Below are positions 30,530-39,776 of a stretch of DNA of 61,299 nt, piece by piece. How positions within the stretch are numbered: the first letter of the stretch is position 1; each line of letters opens with the position of its first letter. The DNA comes from a virus (Duplodnaviria; Caudoviricetes). A program made the position numbers and the translations under genes. The notes beneath the pieces are model-generated. The model made no database searches, was not told where the DNA came from, and saw only the letters and a list, made by a program, of their open reading frames with translations. The DNA is taken from the IMG/VR virus record IMGVR_UViG_3300007760_000655, positions 1 through 61,299 of that record; one strand, 5' to 3'.

Positions 30530-30800
30530 TAAGTTGGAGGCTGTTGTAGGACAGCCTGCCTAAACCTGTTGCTCTTATACCAACCGAGGTGTTTTTCGTC
30601 ATGCCTCATCCGACTACAGGATATTTTCTCATTGAGGGGTCTTCCCGTGACCTATCCTTAGTTAAAGTCTAATCTATTTCAGCCCCATCAGGGTGACACT
30701 AACACACTAAATGTGTGGGAGGAGCATGTTAATGCCACATTGGTGGAGCTGGCTGGTACTGCCCCAGCGTGCTAAAACCATTGGATTTAATCCTTTCGCA
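30530..30800 (-). ncRNA. ssrA: Circularly permuted (two-piece) tmRNA-like gene
   Basis: T-arm GCTGG-GGCAGTA-CCAGC + CAGCTCC-A-CCA ending at 30741, a 54-nt spacer, then GGGGCTGAAATAGATTAGAC starting at 30686; 7-bp acceptor stem with G3.U alanine determinant; outer ends approximate. Confidence 0.85.
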
Positions 30801-30809
30801 GATATAGGC

Positions 30810-31195
30810 AAAAAAGTGGGGGGAGGTTTCCGCGTCTGACCTCACCCCCGCCTAGGCTACGTCTATTAGAATTTCTTTTCTCTCAAAGAGGGAAGTCGAT
30901 TCAAGGCACTAGTTTCCCATGACTTCAAGTCTCCTTATTTTAGGGCGTGAAAGACTCCTACGCCCCTAACTACATTTTTTTATCCTGCGATTCGTTTAGA
31001 ACTTGCAGTCTTAACTAGCTGGTTTGGTCTTCGCCCCTTTAGTTGCTAAGCCTTTATCCAACCACCAATCAGTACGGAATGCTATCAATACCCCCTCTGA
31101 CGAGTTTTCGGGTCAGTTGTTTCTGTTCCCCTACTTGATACTGAAGCCCTTATTTGACATTGGCTGTTAATTACTGGTTAAATTTCTCAATTTCT
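30810..31195 (-). ncRNA. Candidate structured ncRNA (~380 nt)
   Basis: Between perfect promoter 31203-31231 and a hairpin+T6 at 30810-30853; no credible ORF; many hairpins. Confidence 0.5.
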
Positions 31196-31202
31196 GAACT
31201 AT

Positions 31203-31231
31203 ATTATACTCGGAAATCACCAAAATGTCAA
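31203..31231 (-). promoter_or_regulatory. sigma70 promoter driving the ncRNA/tmRNA cluster
   Basis: TTGACA-17nt-TATAAT. Confidence 0.85.
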
Positions 31232-31635
31232 GTTATATTTTTCAGAGAAGGATTAGGTAAGAAATCCAATATACCCAAGCGGCTATTAGTCCAACCACCA
31301 AAAATGCAAATATTAAATTGTTATGTATTGTTTTCATTTTCTCCAATCGTTACGCCACAAAGGGCGTGGTTTAGTTTGTTCTTCCTCTCTTTTTTCTTTC
31401 TCTCTTTTTTCTTCCTGCAGTTTTAGGTACTGCATCATTGTTCTATCTACCTTTATTAAACCCATATTTTTAAGTTCCATATTAGTAACAATTTATGTTT
31501 CTCCCTTCTGCTATGGCTTCTAATACATCTATACCATATAATACTGAGAGGCTTTGGCAGGAGTCTGCCACTATACTATAGCCTATGATTAAACCTAACC
31601 CTAGAGTTAAAACACCCCCTATGGTTAGTATAAAT

Positions 31636-32091
31636 TTATTCAAAAGCTTCTATTCCTAACTTGTGTGAGTCTATACCGAATAATCGTATATACTCCGAGT
31701 CTTTTTTCCAACTTGTAGCGTCTGGAGTCCATTTTGTATTTACTTCATCAGCAATTTCAGTTCTGGCAACATTTGCCTCCAACGCTTTTTGTTTCAGTAA
31801 TTTTTCCTTGTCGCCTTTACTCTCGATAAGCTCATCTAGTTGCTTATCAAGACTTTGTTGCTGTTTTTTCTCTAAGCCTTTTTCGAATTGTTCCCAGAAA
31901 TCAATAGTTGAACGAAGAACTTCTTCTTCTGCTTGACACTCTGATAATCTTAATTCTGCTGCGATATATTCTTTGTCCGTAAGTTCAGGCCAATTAAATT
32001 TTTCTGCTATAGCCTCTTGCATACGTTCGTTTGCAACCAATTCTTCTTTGGCTTCATCTATTGTCATTTTGAACATAATTTTTGTAGACAT
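31636..32091 (-). CDS. Hypothetical coiled-coil protein
   Basis: ORF downstream of promoter 32141-32169 (TTGACA-17-TATAAT). Confidence 0.6.
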   Translation of the reverse strand: MSTKIMFKMTIDEAKEELVANERMQEAIAEKFNWPELTDKEYIAAELRLSECQAEEEVLRSTIDFWEQFEKGLEKKQQQSLDKQLDELIESKGDKEKLLKQKALEANVARTEIADEVNTKWTPDATSWKKDSEYIRLFGIDSHKLGIEAFE

Positions 32092-32178
32092 AATTTTTTA
32101 GTTTCCTTTTTTTAAGTTAAATTTCGATTTTATAATGAATATTATACCAAAGTTTTAGGTTTTTGTCAAGAATTATTT

Positions 32179-32508
32179 TTAAAGTAGTTGATTATTAATT
32201 TTTCCACTACAAACTCCTTTATCCATAGTTTCAAAACTAGAACCTAGCTCTGCTTTATAAACTTCCGTCATGAGGTCTTCTTCTGACTTTTCTTTGGTAT
32301 CAATTTTGTAATCGTATTTAGCAAAGTTCCAGTTAATATGTGCGATATTACTTAGAGAATGCCATTTTCCTCCTACATGTTTGTATCTTACTACTATCGG
32401 AATTCCTTTTATGTGTGCATCTATTATTTCTCTTGCTTTGTAACTAGCTTGTAAGTTCATTAATTTGTACTCCTCCGGGGTGTGATAGTCTAATTCCATT
32501 TGATGCAT
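32179..32508 (-). CDS. Hypothetical protein
   Basis: ORF with AGGAG SD. Confidence 0.5.
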   Translation of the reverse strand: MHQMELDYHTPEEYKLMNLQASYKAREIIDAHIKGIPIVVRYKHVGGKWHSLSNIAHINWNFAKYDYKIDTKEKSEEDLMTEVYKAELGSSFETMDKGVCSGKINNQLL

Positions 32509-32812
32509 TTTCTTTACAGTCTCCTTTTTCTCTTGGGATAAAATGAATATGAGGCCACATTACGGATTGTCCTGCTGCCACACCTATATTCTGTCCTATG
32601 TTAACTCCATCTATTCCACCTACTAACATCCAGGTTTCTGCCCAGTCTAGGGCTTTTTTATATGCTTCTGCTATACATTCATTAGTGTTTTCTTTGGGGA
32701 TAAATAATAAGTGTGAAGTTACTACAGGGTGTCTATCTTTAAAGATTGCCACTCTTGTATCTTCCTGTAGGGGTTCGTCGTTGCTTACCCAAACTGTTTC
32801 TTCATATATCAT
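32444..32812 (-). CDS. HIT family hydrolase
   Basis: D.HPV..HLLFIPK, NIGVAAGQSVMWPHIHFIPR. Confidence 0.85.
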   Translation of the reverse strand: MIYEETVWVSNDEPLQEDTRVAIFKDRHPVVTSHLLFIPKENTNECIAEAYKKALDWAETWMLVGGIDGVNIGQNIGVAAGQSVMWPHIHFIPREKGDCKENASNGIRLSHPGGVQINELTS

Positions 32813-34029
32813 AAATCCTCCAAAGTAAAATCCTCGTCTAATGAACTGTCTATAGCTGCAACATAATTTACTGACTCAATCTCTTGAGGAGCAGACTTAA
32901 TATGGCTAGAATCTAAGTAGTTATCCACCCACGGTAGTGGGTTGGTCTTTAGTTTTAGACCAATAATACTTGGATCCATACCTATATTGGTTATTCTTAC
33001 AGCGAATATATAATCCATATATTCTTTTAAGATAGTTTCGTTCATACCTATTAAAGGAGAGCCTTTGCTGAACAAGTGTTCAATCCAATCCATCTCTTCT
33101 TTGTGTGCAATTCTAAATAATTCATATATCTCATCTTCCATTTCTTCAACTACTTCAAAGAACCCTTCTTCTTTACTTGTTCTAAGAAGCTTTATTACCT
33201 TTTGAAAGACATCTAAATGAATCATCTCATCTCTTGCGATTAGTTTAAATATGTTAGAAGAACCTGCTAGTAATTTTTCTGGTTGTTCAGAAAAACTCCA
33301 TGCAGTAACAAAGGTTGCAAAGAACCTAATGCCTTCAAACATGTTTAAAATAATAGCACTCTTATAGATGCACTTCTTTATTAGTTTATCATTAATAAAC
33401 TCTTCACTATTGGCGGCTTTATGGAATACAGTATTCTGCCAGCCTGCATCCCACGCTGTTAGATTCGCCTCTCTACGGTCTAAGATATTAGTAACTTTAT
33501 CTAACTCTTTCAGTATGGAACTTGCTCTTTTTAGTACAAATTTATCAGTTATTATAGACTCAATAAAGTCATCAACATCATTGAAAATAGCTCGTACCAT
33601 TTCAGTATAAGACTCCGAATGTAATAACTCATTGTTCTGATGGTTAGTCAAGTATAATTCCCATTCTGGGTTGTTACTTAGTCCTCCTTCACTAAACAAT
33701 CTTAAAGGACTACGACCAGCACAACTATCTAAAGCTATACCAAACTTTAACCCTTTTTCAAATATGTGTCTACCTGCTTCACTTAATGAATCAAAATCCT
33801 TCTTCTCTTTAGACAAGTCTATTTCGTTCTTTGACCAGTTTCCAACAGCTCTTAATTCTTCAGCGAATTCTAAAAGCCAAGGGTATTTAGGGGCGTGATA
33901 AGTTTGTATGTTACGGTTACTAGAGTTTTCACCTAAGAATAGGCGAGTGTCTTTACTTCGTACAGTTTCTTCTGTATTGAATATTTTAGTTGTATTATCA
34001 CTTAATTTAATTACATCTTCGTGTATCAT
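32809..34029 (-). CDS. nrdB: Ribonucleotide reductase class Ia beta subunit
   Basis: LDS, ELLHSESY (radical Tyr), EGIRF, RDEMIH, APQE.E..NY. Confidence 0.93.
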   Translation of the reverse strand: MIHEDVIKLSDNTTKIFNTEETVRSKDTRLFLGENSSNRNIQTYHAPKYPWLLEFAEELRAVGNWSKNEIDLSKEKKDFDSLSEAGRHIFEKGLKFGIALDSCAGRSPLRLFSEGGLSNNPEWELYLTNHQNNELLHSESYTEMVRAIFNDVDDFIESIITDKFVLKRASSILKELDKVTNILDRREANLTAWDAGWQNTVFHKAANSEEFINDKLIKKCIYKSAIILNMFEGIRFFATFVTAWSFSEQPEKLLAGSSNIFKLIARDEMIHLDVFQKVIKLLRTSKEEGFFEVVEEMEDEIYELFRIAHKEEMDWIEHLFSKGSPLIGMNETILKEYMDYIFAVRITNIGMDPSIIGLKLKTNPLPWVDNYLDSSHIKSAPQEIESVNYVAAIDSSLDEDFTLEDL

Positions 34030-34208
34030 CTATTCCACCATATTCCTGCTACCTTCTCTATATTACCAACTTTCCACTTTCTATACTCTTCTGAAAATTT
34101 AGTATGTTGTTCTAATGTAATGTCATGGATATTAACAGCTTTATAGTATGTTAACCATTCATCATATGTTATTCTATTCTTGTTAGACTTCGCATGCACC
34201 ACTTTCAC
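34026..34208 (-). CDS. Small hypothetical protein between nrdA and nrdB
   Basis: Overlaps both neighbours. Confidence 0.45.
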   Translation of the reverse strand: MKVVHAKSNKNRITYDEWLTYYKAVNIHDITLEQHTKFSEEYRKWKVGNIEKVAGIWWNR

Positions 34209-36477
34209 AGCCCTCCTCTAATATTGTTTCACTTATATTTGATTTATCTTTACTTCTAATATAGTACAAACTCTTTAACCCATATTTATAGGCAGTAAGT
34301 ATATCTCTTTTCACCCTATTACTATCTAAAATTTTATTAGGTAGTTTAGTTAAATCGTACCATTGGTTTGTACTTATACCTTGGTCTATAAACTTTTGTA
34401 AGATAGCTATTAACTTTAAATACTCAGCTGAATTGTTACCAGGCATATCCCAGGCTTTCATATAGTAATCTTCCTTTTCGAAGTCAGGAACTAAAGATTT
34501 AACTGTGAAGTTAGAAGCCTCATAAGTGTCTGTTGTACTTTGAATAGGGTCTATTCCTTGTGTGCTATTAGATACTAGCGAAGAAGATGCTGTGGGAGGT
34601 ATAGCACTTAGAGTCATATTTCTAATCCCATACATTTGAGCTTTCTGCCCTAAGTCTGCCCAATCACACTTCAAATCATTAGGAGTTATAAGGTCTACAT
34701 TAATATTATAAGTATCTACAGGCATTATTCCTCTGGAATAAGCACTTCTATTTGAATACTCACATGCTCCTCTTTCAGCAGCTAAGTCTACTGAGGCACG
34801 AATTAGTCCATATTGGAATCTCTCTGCCCACTCATGTGTCAAGCGTTTAGCTTTATTTGAACCTAGAGGTGCTTCGTGTTTGGCTAAAAAGTGAGCAAAG
34901 TCACTTATACCTATACCCAAGAACCTATACCCTTTGGTAGGCCACTCTGTGGCGTCCATTGGGTACTTCTGAGCTTCTATTAAATTATCTAGAAATCTTA
35001 CCATAAGTCTAGTTAGTCTATCTAGTTCTTCTATCTTATTTAACTTGCCAAAGTTTATACAACCTAAAATACAGAGTGAAATCATACCGTCGTCTAGGTC
35101 ATACTCATCTATATCCTGATATTGAGTATTATTCAATCCTTCAAAAGTCATAGCTCTGGTAGGAAGAAATATTTCTGAGCAAAGGTTTGTTTGGGTTACT
35201 CTTTCATCAAACATACCTTGCTTGTTTACATTATCTACAAAGTGAATGTATATCCTACCTGTTCCTACTCGTTCCTTTACTAGTTTATTAAAGATAGTAT
35301 TAGCATCAAGCACTCTCTTACGAATTGACTCGTCTGCTTCATACTTTTCATATGCTATCGTAAATCGTACATCATCACCATAGTAGTCAAACAACTCAGG
35401 AACATCTTCTGAACTAAATAAAGTAAATGTGCCTTTCTGTAATACTCTTTCGATAAATAAGTTTGGAAGTCCAATAGAATAGTCTATAAATCTTGCTCTG
35501 TTTGTATTAGAACCTTGATTATTTTTATACTCAAGTACATCCATTATCTCCCAGTTAAATACTGGGTAGTTTACTACTGTAGCTCCAGTTCTAAGACTAT
35601 TTTGTGTGAATTGTTTTGAACTTGATTCTATTGCCTTTAATAGGGGTAACGCACCTGTGTGTTTAACAGTATTATTTTTAACGGGAGCAAGAATACCTCT
35701 TACTGGCCCCATATCTACACCTATGCCTGCTCTACGAGCCGTCATAAGACTTAGTGCATATTCAGATGCTAAAATAGATTCAGTATGGTCTCCCATTTTA
35801 ATTTTGCAACAAGAACTATACATTTTCATCTTAGTTCTTACTCCACTAATTATAGGAGTTGGAAGACTTATTAAATCGTCTTTTAATGCGTTATACATAT
35901 TTAAAATCCAACTCATTGGAGAATCCTCGTCAGCAAATATAACCATTGCTATCAACATAAAGGTTTCCTGAGGCATTTCTAACCTTCGATTAGTCTTTGA
36001 ATCCTTTATCAGATACTTACTATCCATTTGAACAATAGAAGAATAAGGTCTAGAAAAGTCGTTATTATAATCTATTTGAGTTCCCAAATAGTTTATTTCA
36101 TTTTCTGTGTATATTTCAACTATAGCTGGGTCGTATAAACCACTCTCTACATTTAACTTAATATACTCTAAGAATGGTAAAGGCTCGAAACTTCCGTAAA
36201 CTTCTTTTCTCATTTCAGTTACTAATAACCTTCCTGCAAATATAGAATAGTCAGGGGTTGCAGTACTAATATGCTCTGCAGCTGATTTGATGAGAGTTTG
36301 CTGTATATCAGATGTAGACATACCATCAGCAAACTTTATGTGTGCGTTGATAGCTGTGTCAGATACTGATACATCGAGTTCTCTACCCAAATCTTCTCTC
36401 TTACAATTTTCTAACATTCTATGAATGTTATCAATGTTTAGTTCTTCGAGGGAACCGTTTCTTTTTGTTACTCTCAT
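34183..36477 (-). CDS. nrdA: Ribonucleotide reductase class Ia alpha subunit with ATP cone
   Basis: VTKRNG cone, SSCC, TNLCSEI, PTASSS, KSLYY, C-terminal CESGAC. Confidence 0.96.
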   Translation of the reverse strand: MRVTKRNGSLEELNIDNIHRMLENCKREDLGRELDVSVSDTAINAHIKFADGMSTSDIQQTLIKSAAEHISTATPDYSIFAGRLLVTEMRKEVYGSFEPLPFLEYIKLNVESGLYDPAIVEIYTENEINYLGTQIDYNNDFSRPYSSIVQMDSKYLIKDSKTNRRLEMPQETFMLIAMVIFADEDSPMSWILNMYNALKDDLISLPTPIISGVRTKMKMYSSCCKIKMGDHTESILASEYALSLMTARRAGIGVDMGPVRGILAPVKNNTVKHTGALPLLKAIESSSKQFTQNSLRTGATVVNYPVFNWEIMDVLEYKNNQGSNTNRARFIDYSIGLPNLFIERVLQKGTFTLFSSEDVPELFDYYGDDVRFTIAYEKYEADESIRKRVLDANTIFNKLVKERVGTGRIYIHFVDNVNKQGMFDERVTQTNLCSEIFLPTRAMTFEGLNNTQYQDIDEYDLDDGMISLCILGCINFGKLNKIEELDRLTRLMVRFLDNLIEAQKYPMDATEWPTKGYRFLGIGISDFAHFLAKHEAPLGSNKAKRLTHEWAERFQYGLIRASVDLAAERGACEYSNRSAYSRGIMPVDTYNINVDLITPNDLKCDWADLGQKAQMYGIRNMTLSAIPPTASSSLVSNSTQGIDPIQSTTDTYEASNFTVKSLVPDFEKEDYYMKAWDMPGNNSAEYLKLIAILQKFIDQGISTNQWYDLTKLPNKILDSNRVKRDILTAYKYGLKSLYYIRSKDKSNISETILEEGCESGACEV

Positions 36478-36591
36478 TTTACTCCTTTATCCATACTTGC
36501 TTCTAATTCAGCAATTAATTTGCCTATTCGATACTTTTCCATTCCTACCATATTTTTGTGCATTTTCTTATAGGTTTCCAATAATAGTTCT

Positions 36592-37434
36592 TTAGTTTTT
36601 TGGCTTAGCATCGAGTTTCTCCCTTATGTCTTTAGCATTGTCTATTCCAACTGCGTCTTCACAGTAGGTTACTAAGTCCATTAACTCATAATTTCTCATT
36701 ATATTTTTTGCACCAAAATCATTTAAAGATTGTATGTATTTATACTTACCTTCTAAAGGCATGGCGTCGGCTACATCTAGTGCGCTACCATAAGTCTTTA
36801 TTAGACTTAGACCTCGTTTAGGTCCTACCCCAGGCACTCCAGGTACGTTATCTCCTGTATCTCCTGTTAAACATTTAAGACTAATAAACTCATCAGGCTC
36901 TACATCATAGTGTTCATACCAATTAGTCGCTGTTATTTCTTTTCTAGTAACATAACTAAATCTAGAAACTGTGGGCGATATAAGTAAATCCCAATCTTTA
37001 TCTGAAGATACTAACCATATATTATGATTGTGCTTTTTTATACGTACTATGTACGCAGCAATGTCATCAGCTTCTACTCCTAAATATCTAAATATAGGAT
37101 AATGGCACTCTAGTAATAGTAGAGTTTCTTCAAAATCCTCCATAAAATTAGCAAAATCCTCTGCTTCCTGCTCTGTTTGCTGAGCATACTTATCCTGCCT
37201 GTTTTGTTTATATTCAGGTAGTATCTTTCTTCTGTATGATGATGAGCCGAGGTCGGCTGTGATATATACACAACCTGCGTTATAGGAATTTGCTAGGCTT
37301 TGAACTGTTCTAAGATAATCTTCTGCGAAGTCTCTTTTCTTCTGATGTTTGTATCTAAAGGCTAAGTTTAGAGCATCAACTATTAGTATATTGTCATTTG
37401 TTTTACTAGCTATGTCTTTGAAGCTCTTTGCCAT
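36592..37434 (-). CDS. D15: 5'-3' flap endonuclease
   Basis: VDALNLAFR, EYKQNR, GVEADD, SSDKDW, GDTGDNVPGVPGVGPKR. Confidence 0.93.
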   Translation of the reverse strand: MAKSFKDIASKTNDNILIVDALNLAFRYKHQKKRDFAEDYLRTVQSLANSYNAGCVYITADLGSSSYRRKILPEYKQNRQDKYAQQTEQEAEDFANFMEDFEETLLLLECHYPIFRYLGVEADDIAAYIVRIKKHNHNIWLVSSDKDWDLLISPTVSRFSYVTRKEITATNWYEHYDVEPDEFISLKCLTGDTGDNVPGVPGVGPKRGLSLIKTYGSALDVADAMPLEGKYKYIQSLNDFGAKNIMRNYELMDLVTYCEDAVGIDNAKDIREKLDAKPKN

Positions 37435-37547
37435 GTTATTTACCTTCGGGGTTGGTTAGTTGAAAAAACAGAAAATACAGCACATTAGTACCTATACAGT
37501 ACCATTATACTCGTATTATTCTTACAATTTTTGATTTTATAATGAAT

Positions 37548-37647
37548 ATTATACCGAAGTTTTACCTTTTTGTCAAGGAATATTTTTAAGCATCTGAAGG
37601 GGCATAGAAAAATTCTTCTTGACATAAAACCCCACTTAGGGTATAAT
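37548..37647. promoter_or_regulatory. Divergent pair of consensus sigma70 promoters
   Basis: Minus TTGACA-17-TATAAT 37548-37576; plus TTGACA-17-TATAAT 37619-37647. Confidence 0.85.
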
Positions 37648-37733
37648 ATAGATTATTGGAATGGAAATTCCGGTATAGGGAAAGTCGACCCCATTATTTA
37701 TCTTCGACTTAACGTTAAAAAGAGGACAAATTT

Positions 37734-38471
37734 ATGAATAAATTACTAATGGCGGCTGCAGCCGTCACTTTAGCTACTTCAGCTCATGCTGCAGTCAGCA
37801 TTTCTGGTGAATATGAGGGCACACTTACACAAGCAGGTGTATACTCTCAAACATTAGACTTAAAACTAGTAGGTTCAACACCATTTGGTTCAGTAACTAC
37901 TATTGTTGATGAGACTAATACTATCACAGATTTGTATGCTACAGCTAAGTTGCGTGGTGTAGATTTAACTCTAGGAACTGTAGAATCAGTAAGTACTATT
38001 AAGGCTTCAACTACTATAGGAGGTATGACGGTAACTATGTCTAAACCTTCCGCTGGTAAAGAATCTTTAGATATAAAAGGCAAATTTGGTGGAGTCGATG
38101 TAACAGTCGAGGACTTAACCAGAGATGACCGTGAAACTACTATTGGTACTACTGTAGCAGGTGTTACCTCTACTATGAGTTATCAAAAGACTACTGCTGG
38201 CACTGTATTGGATATAGATGCTAGTACTAAAGTTGGTAGCTTCACAGTTGCACTAGAGCACGATAAAGCAGCTGATGATACAAGTTCTAATGGTGGTTCT
38301 GTTTCTATGCCTTTAGGTATGGTAGGAACTGTTAAAGGTGGAGTATCTATAGCATCAACTGATGTCAAGACTTATTCTTTAGAAGTCACACAAGGCATAC
38401 TCACTGGGAAGTGGGAGAAGGTCGGTGACGCAGACGGAGTGGTTTCTGTAGTTGCGAAAATTAACTTCTAA
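37734..38471 (+). CDS. Outer-membrane porin-like beta-barrel protein
   Basis: Signal peptide (AHA), alternating beta-strand pattern, C-terminal Phe (AKINF). Confidence 0.7.
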   Translation: MNKLLMAAAAVTLATSAHAAVSISGEYEGTLTQAGVYSQTLDLKLVGSTPFGSVTTIVDETNTITDLYATAKLRGVDLTLGTVESVSTIKASTTIGGMTVTMSKPSAGKESLDIKGKFGGVDVTVEDLTRDDRETTIGTTVAGVTSTMSYQKTTAGTVLDIDASTKVGSFTVALEHDKAADDTSSNGGSVSMPLGMVGTVKGGVSIASTDVKTYSLEVTQGILTGKWEKVGDADGVVSVVAKINF

Positions 38472-38494
38472 ACAATACTAAGTTAAAAACAATG

Positions 38495-38522
38495 AACCCG
38501 ACCTCGTGTCGGGTTTTTTGTT
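38495..38522 (+). terminator. Intrinsic terminator
   Basis: AACCCGAC-CTCGT-GTCGGGTTTTTT. Confidence 0.8.
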
Positions 38523-38744
38523 CTGTTACTATATTTTTAGCGTATTTTTGAGTCTTGGAAACAGGCTCTACATATATTGGAAATTATTAAATCAAAACAC
38601 CAAAAGGTTAATTTTCAACCAAATTTTTTGATTTAAAACTTTTGGTTTCAAACTTCGCTATTTCATTATTGATACGGACAAGTCGCTATGAATTGGTAGG
38701 ATTCTACTCAATAAATTATATTGACAAGTGGTTGAAAAAACTTC

Positions 38745-38773
38745 TTGACAAAATGGTTAAAATTCGGTATAAT
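38745..38773 (+). promoter_or_regulatory. sigma70 promoter
   Basis: TTGACA-17nt-TATAAT. Confidence 0.85.
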
Positions 38774-38821
38774 AATGTTTTAAAAATTTGGAAATTTAAC
38801 TAAAATTTAGAGAGGAACGAA

Positions 38822-39064
38822 ATGACAATGGTTACAAAATCAGTTACTAAACAAGAGGTTGACGGGTTTTTGGGTATAGATACTCAAATTAACTGCTCGG
38901 ATAACCCACTAGAGGAAGCAGTAGCGATACTCACTGATTTAATCAATGGTGATTATTCCGTAGACCAATTGCGTAGAGATATGCACGAATGGAAGGATAC
39001 ATGGACTGTTATTACACCTAAAGAGCGTCCAGCACCAATGCCACCAATGTCGCCGTTTGAGTAA
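38822..39064 (+). CDS. Hypothetical protein
   Basis: GAGG SD, downstream of promoter. Confidence 0.6.
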   Translation: MTMVTKSVTKQEVDGFLGIDTQINCSDNPLEEAVAILTDLINGDYSVDQLRRDMHEWKDTWTVITPKERPAPMPPMSPFE

Positions 39065-39750
39065 TTACTGTTGCTAGTAATTCACAATGGAAACGAGTAG
39101 AATAGGACATTATATTAAGGGAATGACTACAAACACCCGGCTCGTTTCAACAGACTGTGTCCAGAGCAGTCTTTAAATTCCAACTGGAGACGAGGAGTGC
39201 CACCCTCGCGTTAAATAATAGACTCAATGGTAGAACCTAAGTCTGGCAAGGAGGTTTTAGCATGACCTACCGCGTATAAGGAACTATCGACTGGTGAGTA
39301 ACCTACGACAAACTGATAGTCTATCGACTGGTGAGTAGTCTGAACGAGATGCCTGAAATATGGTAACTGAGAAGATGAGAAGCCTACGGCAAACTGATAG
39401 AGCGTGTGGACAAAGGAGGTTCCACCACCCTACTCTCCTTCAAATGCCTTAAGAGTACCAGTTTATCTGTTGTACCTAAAGAGCACGGAGACGGTAAAAG
39501 GATAAGATGCTGACTTATCGTGGATAAGTAGGACGAACCCCCCGACAACAGGGGGGTAAGCCCACTCCACAGATAATGCAACCAGACTTCACGAGGTCTG
39601 TATCCACGCTGGGTTTCGAGTAAATCAAGCCCCAGACAGGTGGGAACACAAGTAAACTCGTGCGTCCTCGAGCCATGACGGAAGTGAACAGGTGTAAGGC
39701 AGCAACCATCGAACTATCACTAGGGTATTAAACTGGCTCCCCTATTCTAA
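39065..39750 (+). ncRNA. Candidate large structured ncRNA (~700 nt)
   Basis: No ORF of 60 aa or more on the + strand, visibly GC-richer, many nested helices, two H-type pseudoknots, duplicated motif. Confidence 0.6.
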
Positions 39751-39776
39751 CACACAACACATTTTCAGGAGGGAAA

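Noticed and set aside
30741-30800. tRNA-Ala
   Set aside because: No anticodon arm or upstream 5' acceptor strand; the matching strand lies downstream, as in permuted tmRNA
30810-30853. SRP RNA
   Set aside because: Hairpin lacks the CAGG...GGAA...AGCA domain IV motif; more like a terminator
31154-31523. Plus-strand ORFs 31154 and 31323
   Set aside because: Low-complexity shadows across a minus-strand promoter and small minus-strand genes
16918-36477. Inteins or introns in pol, helicase or nrdA
   Set aside because: Lengths and motif spacing are normal; no insertions seen
39283-39345. Group I intron core
   Set aside because: GACT/TAGTC-like words are present, but no interrupted gene or convincing P4-P6/P3-P7 order could be built by eye
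39384-39709. Minus-strand ORFs 39384 and 39515
   Set aside because: No SD, atypical composition, opposite to local transcription; region better explained as structured RNA
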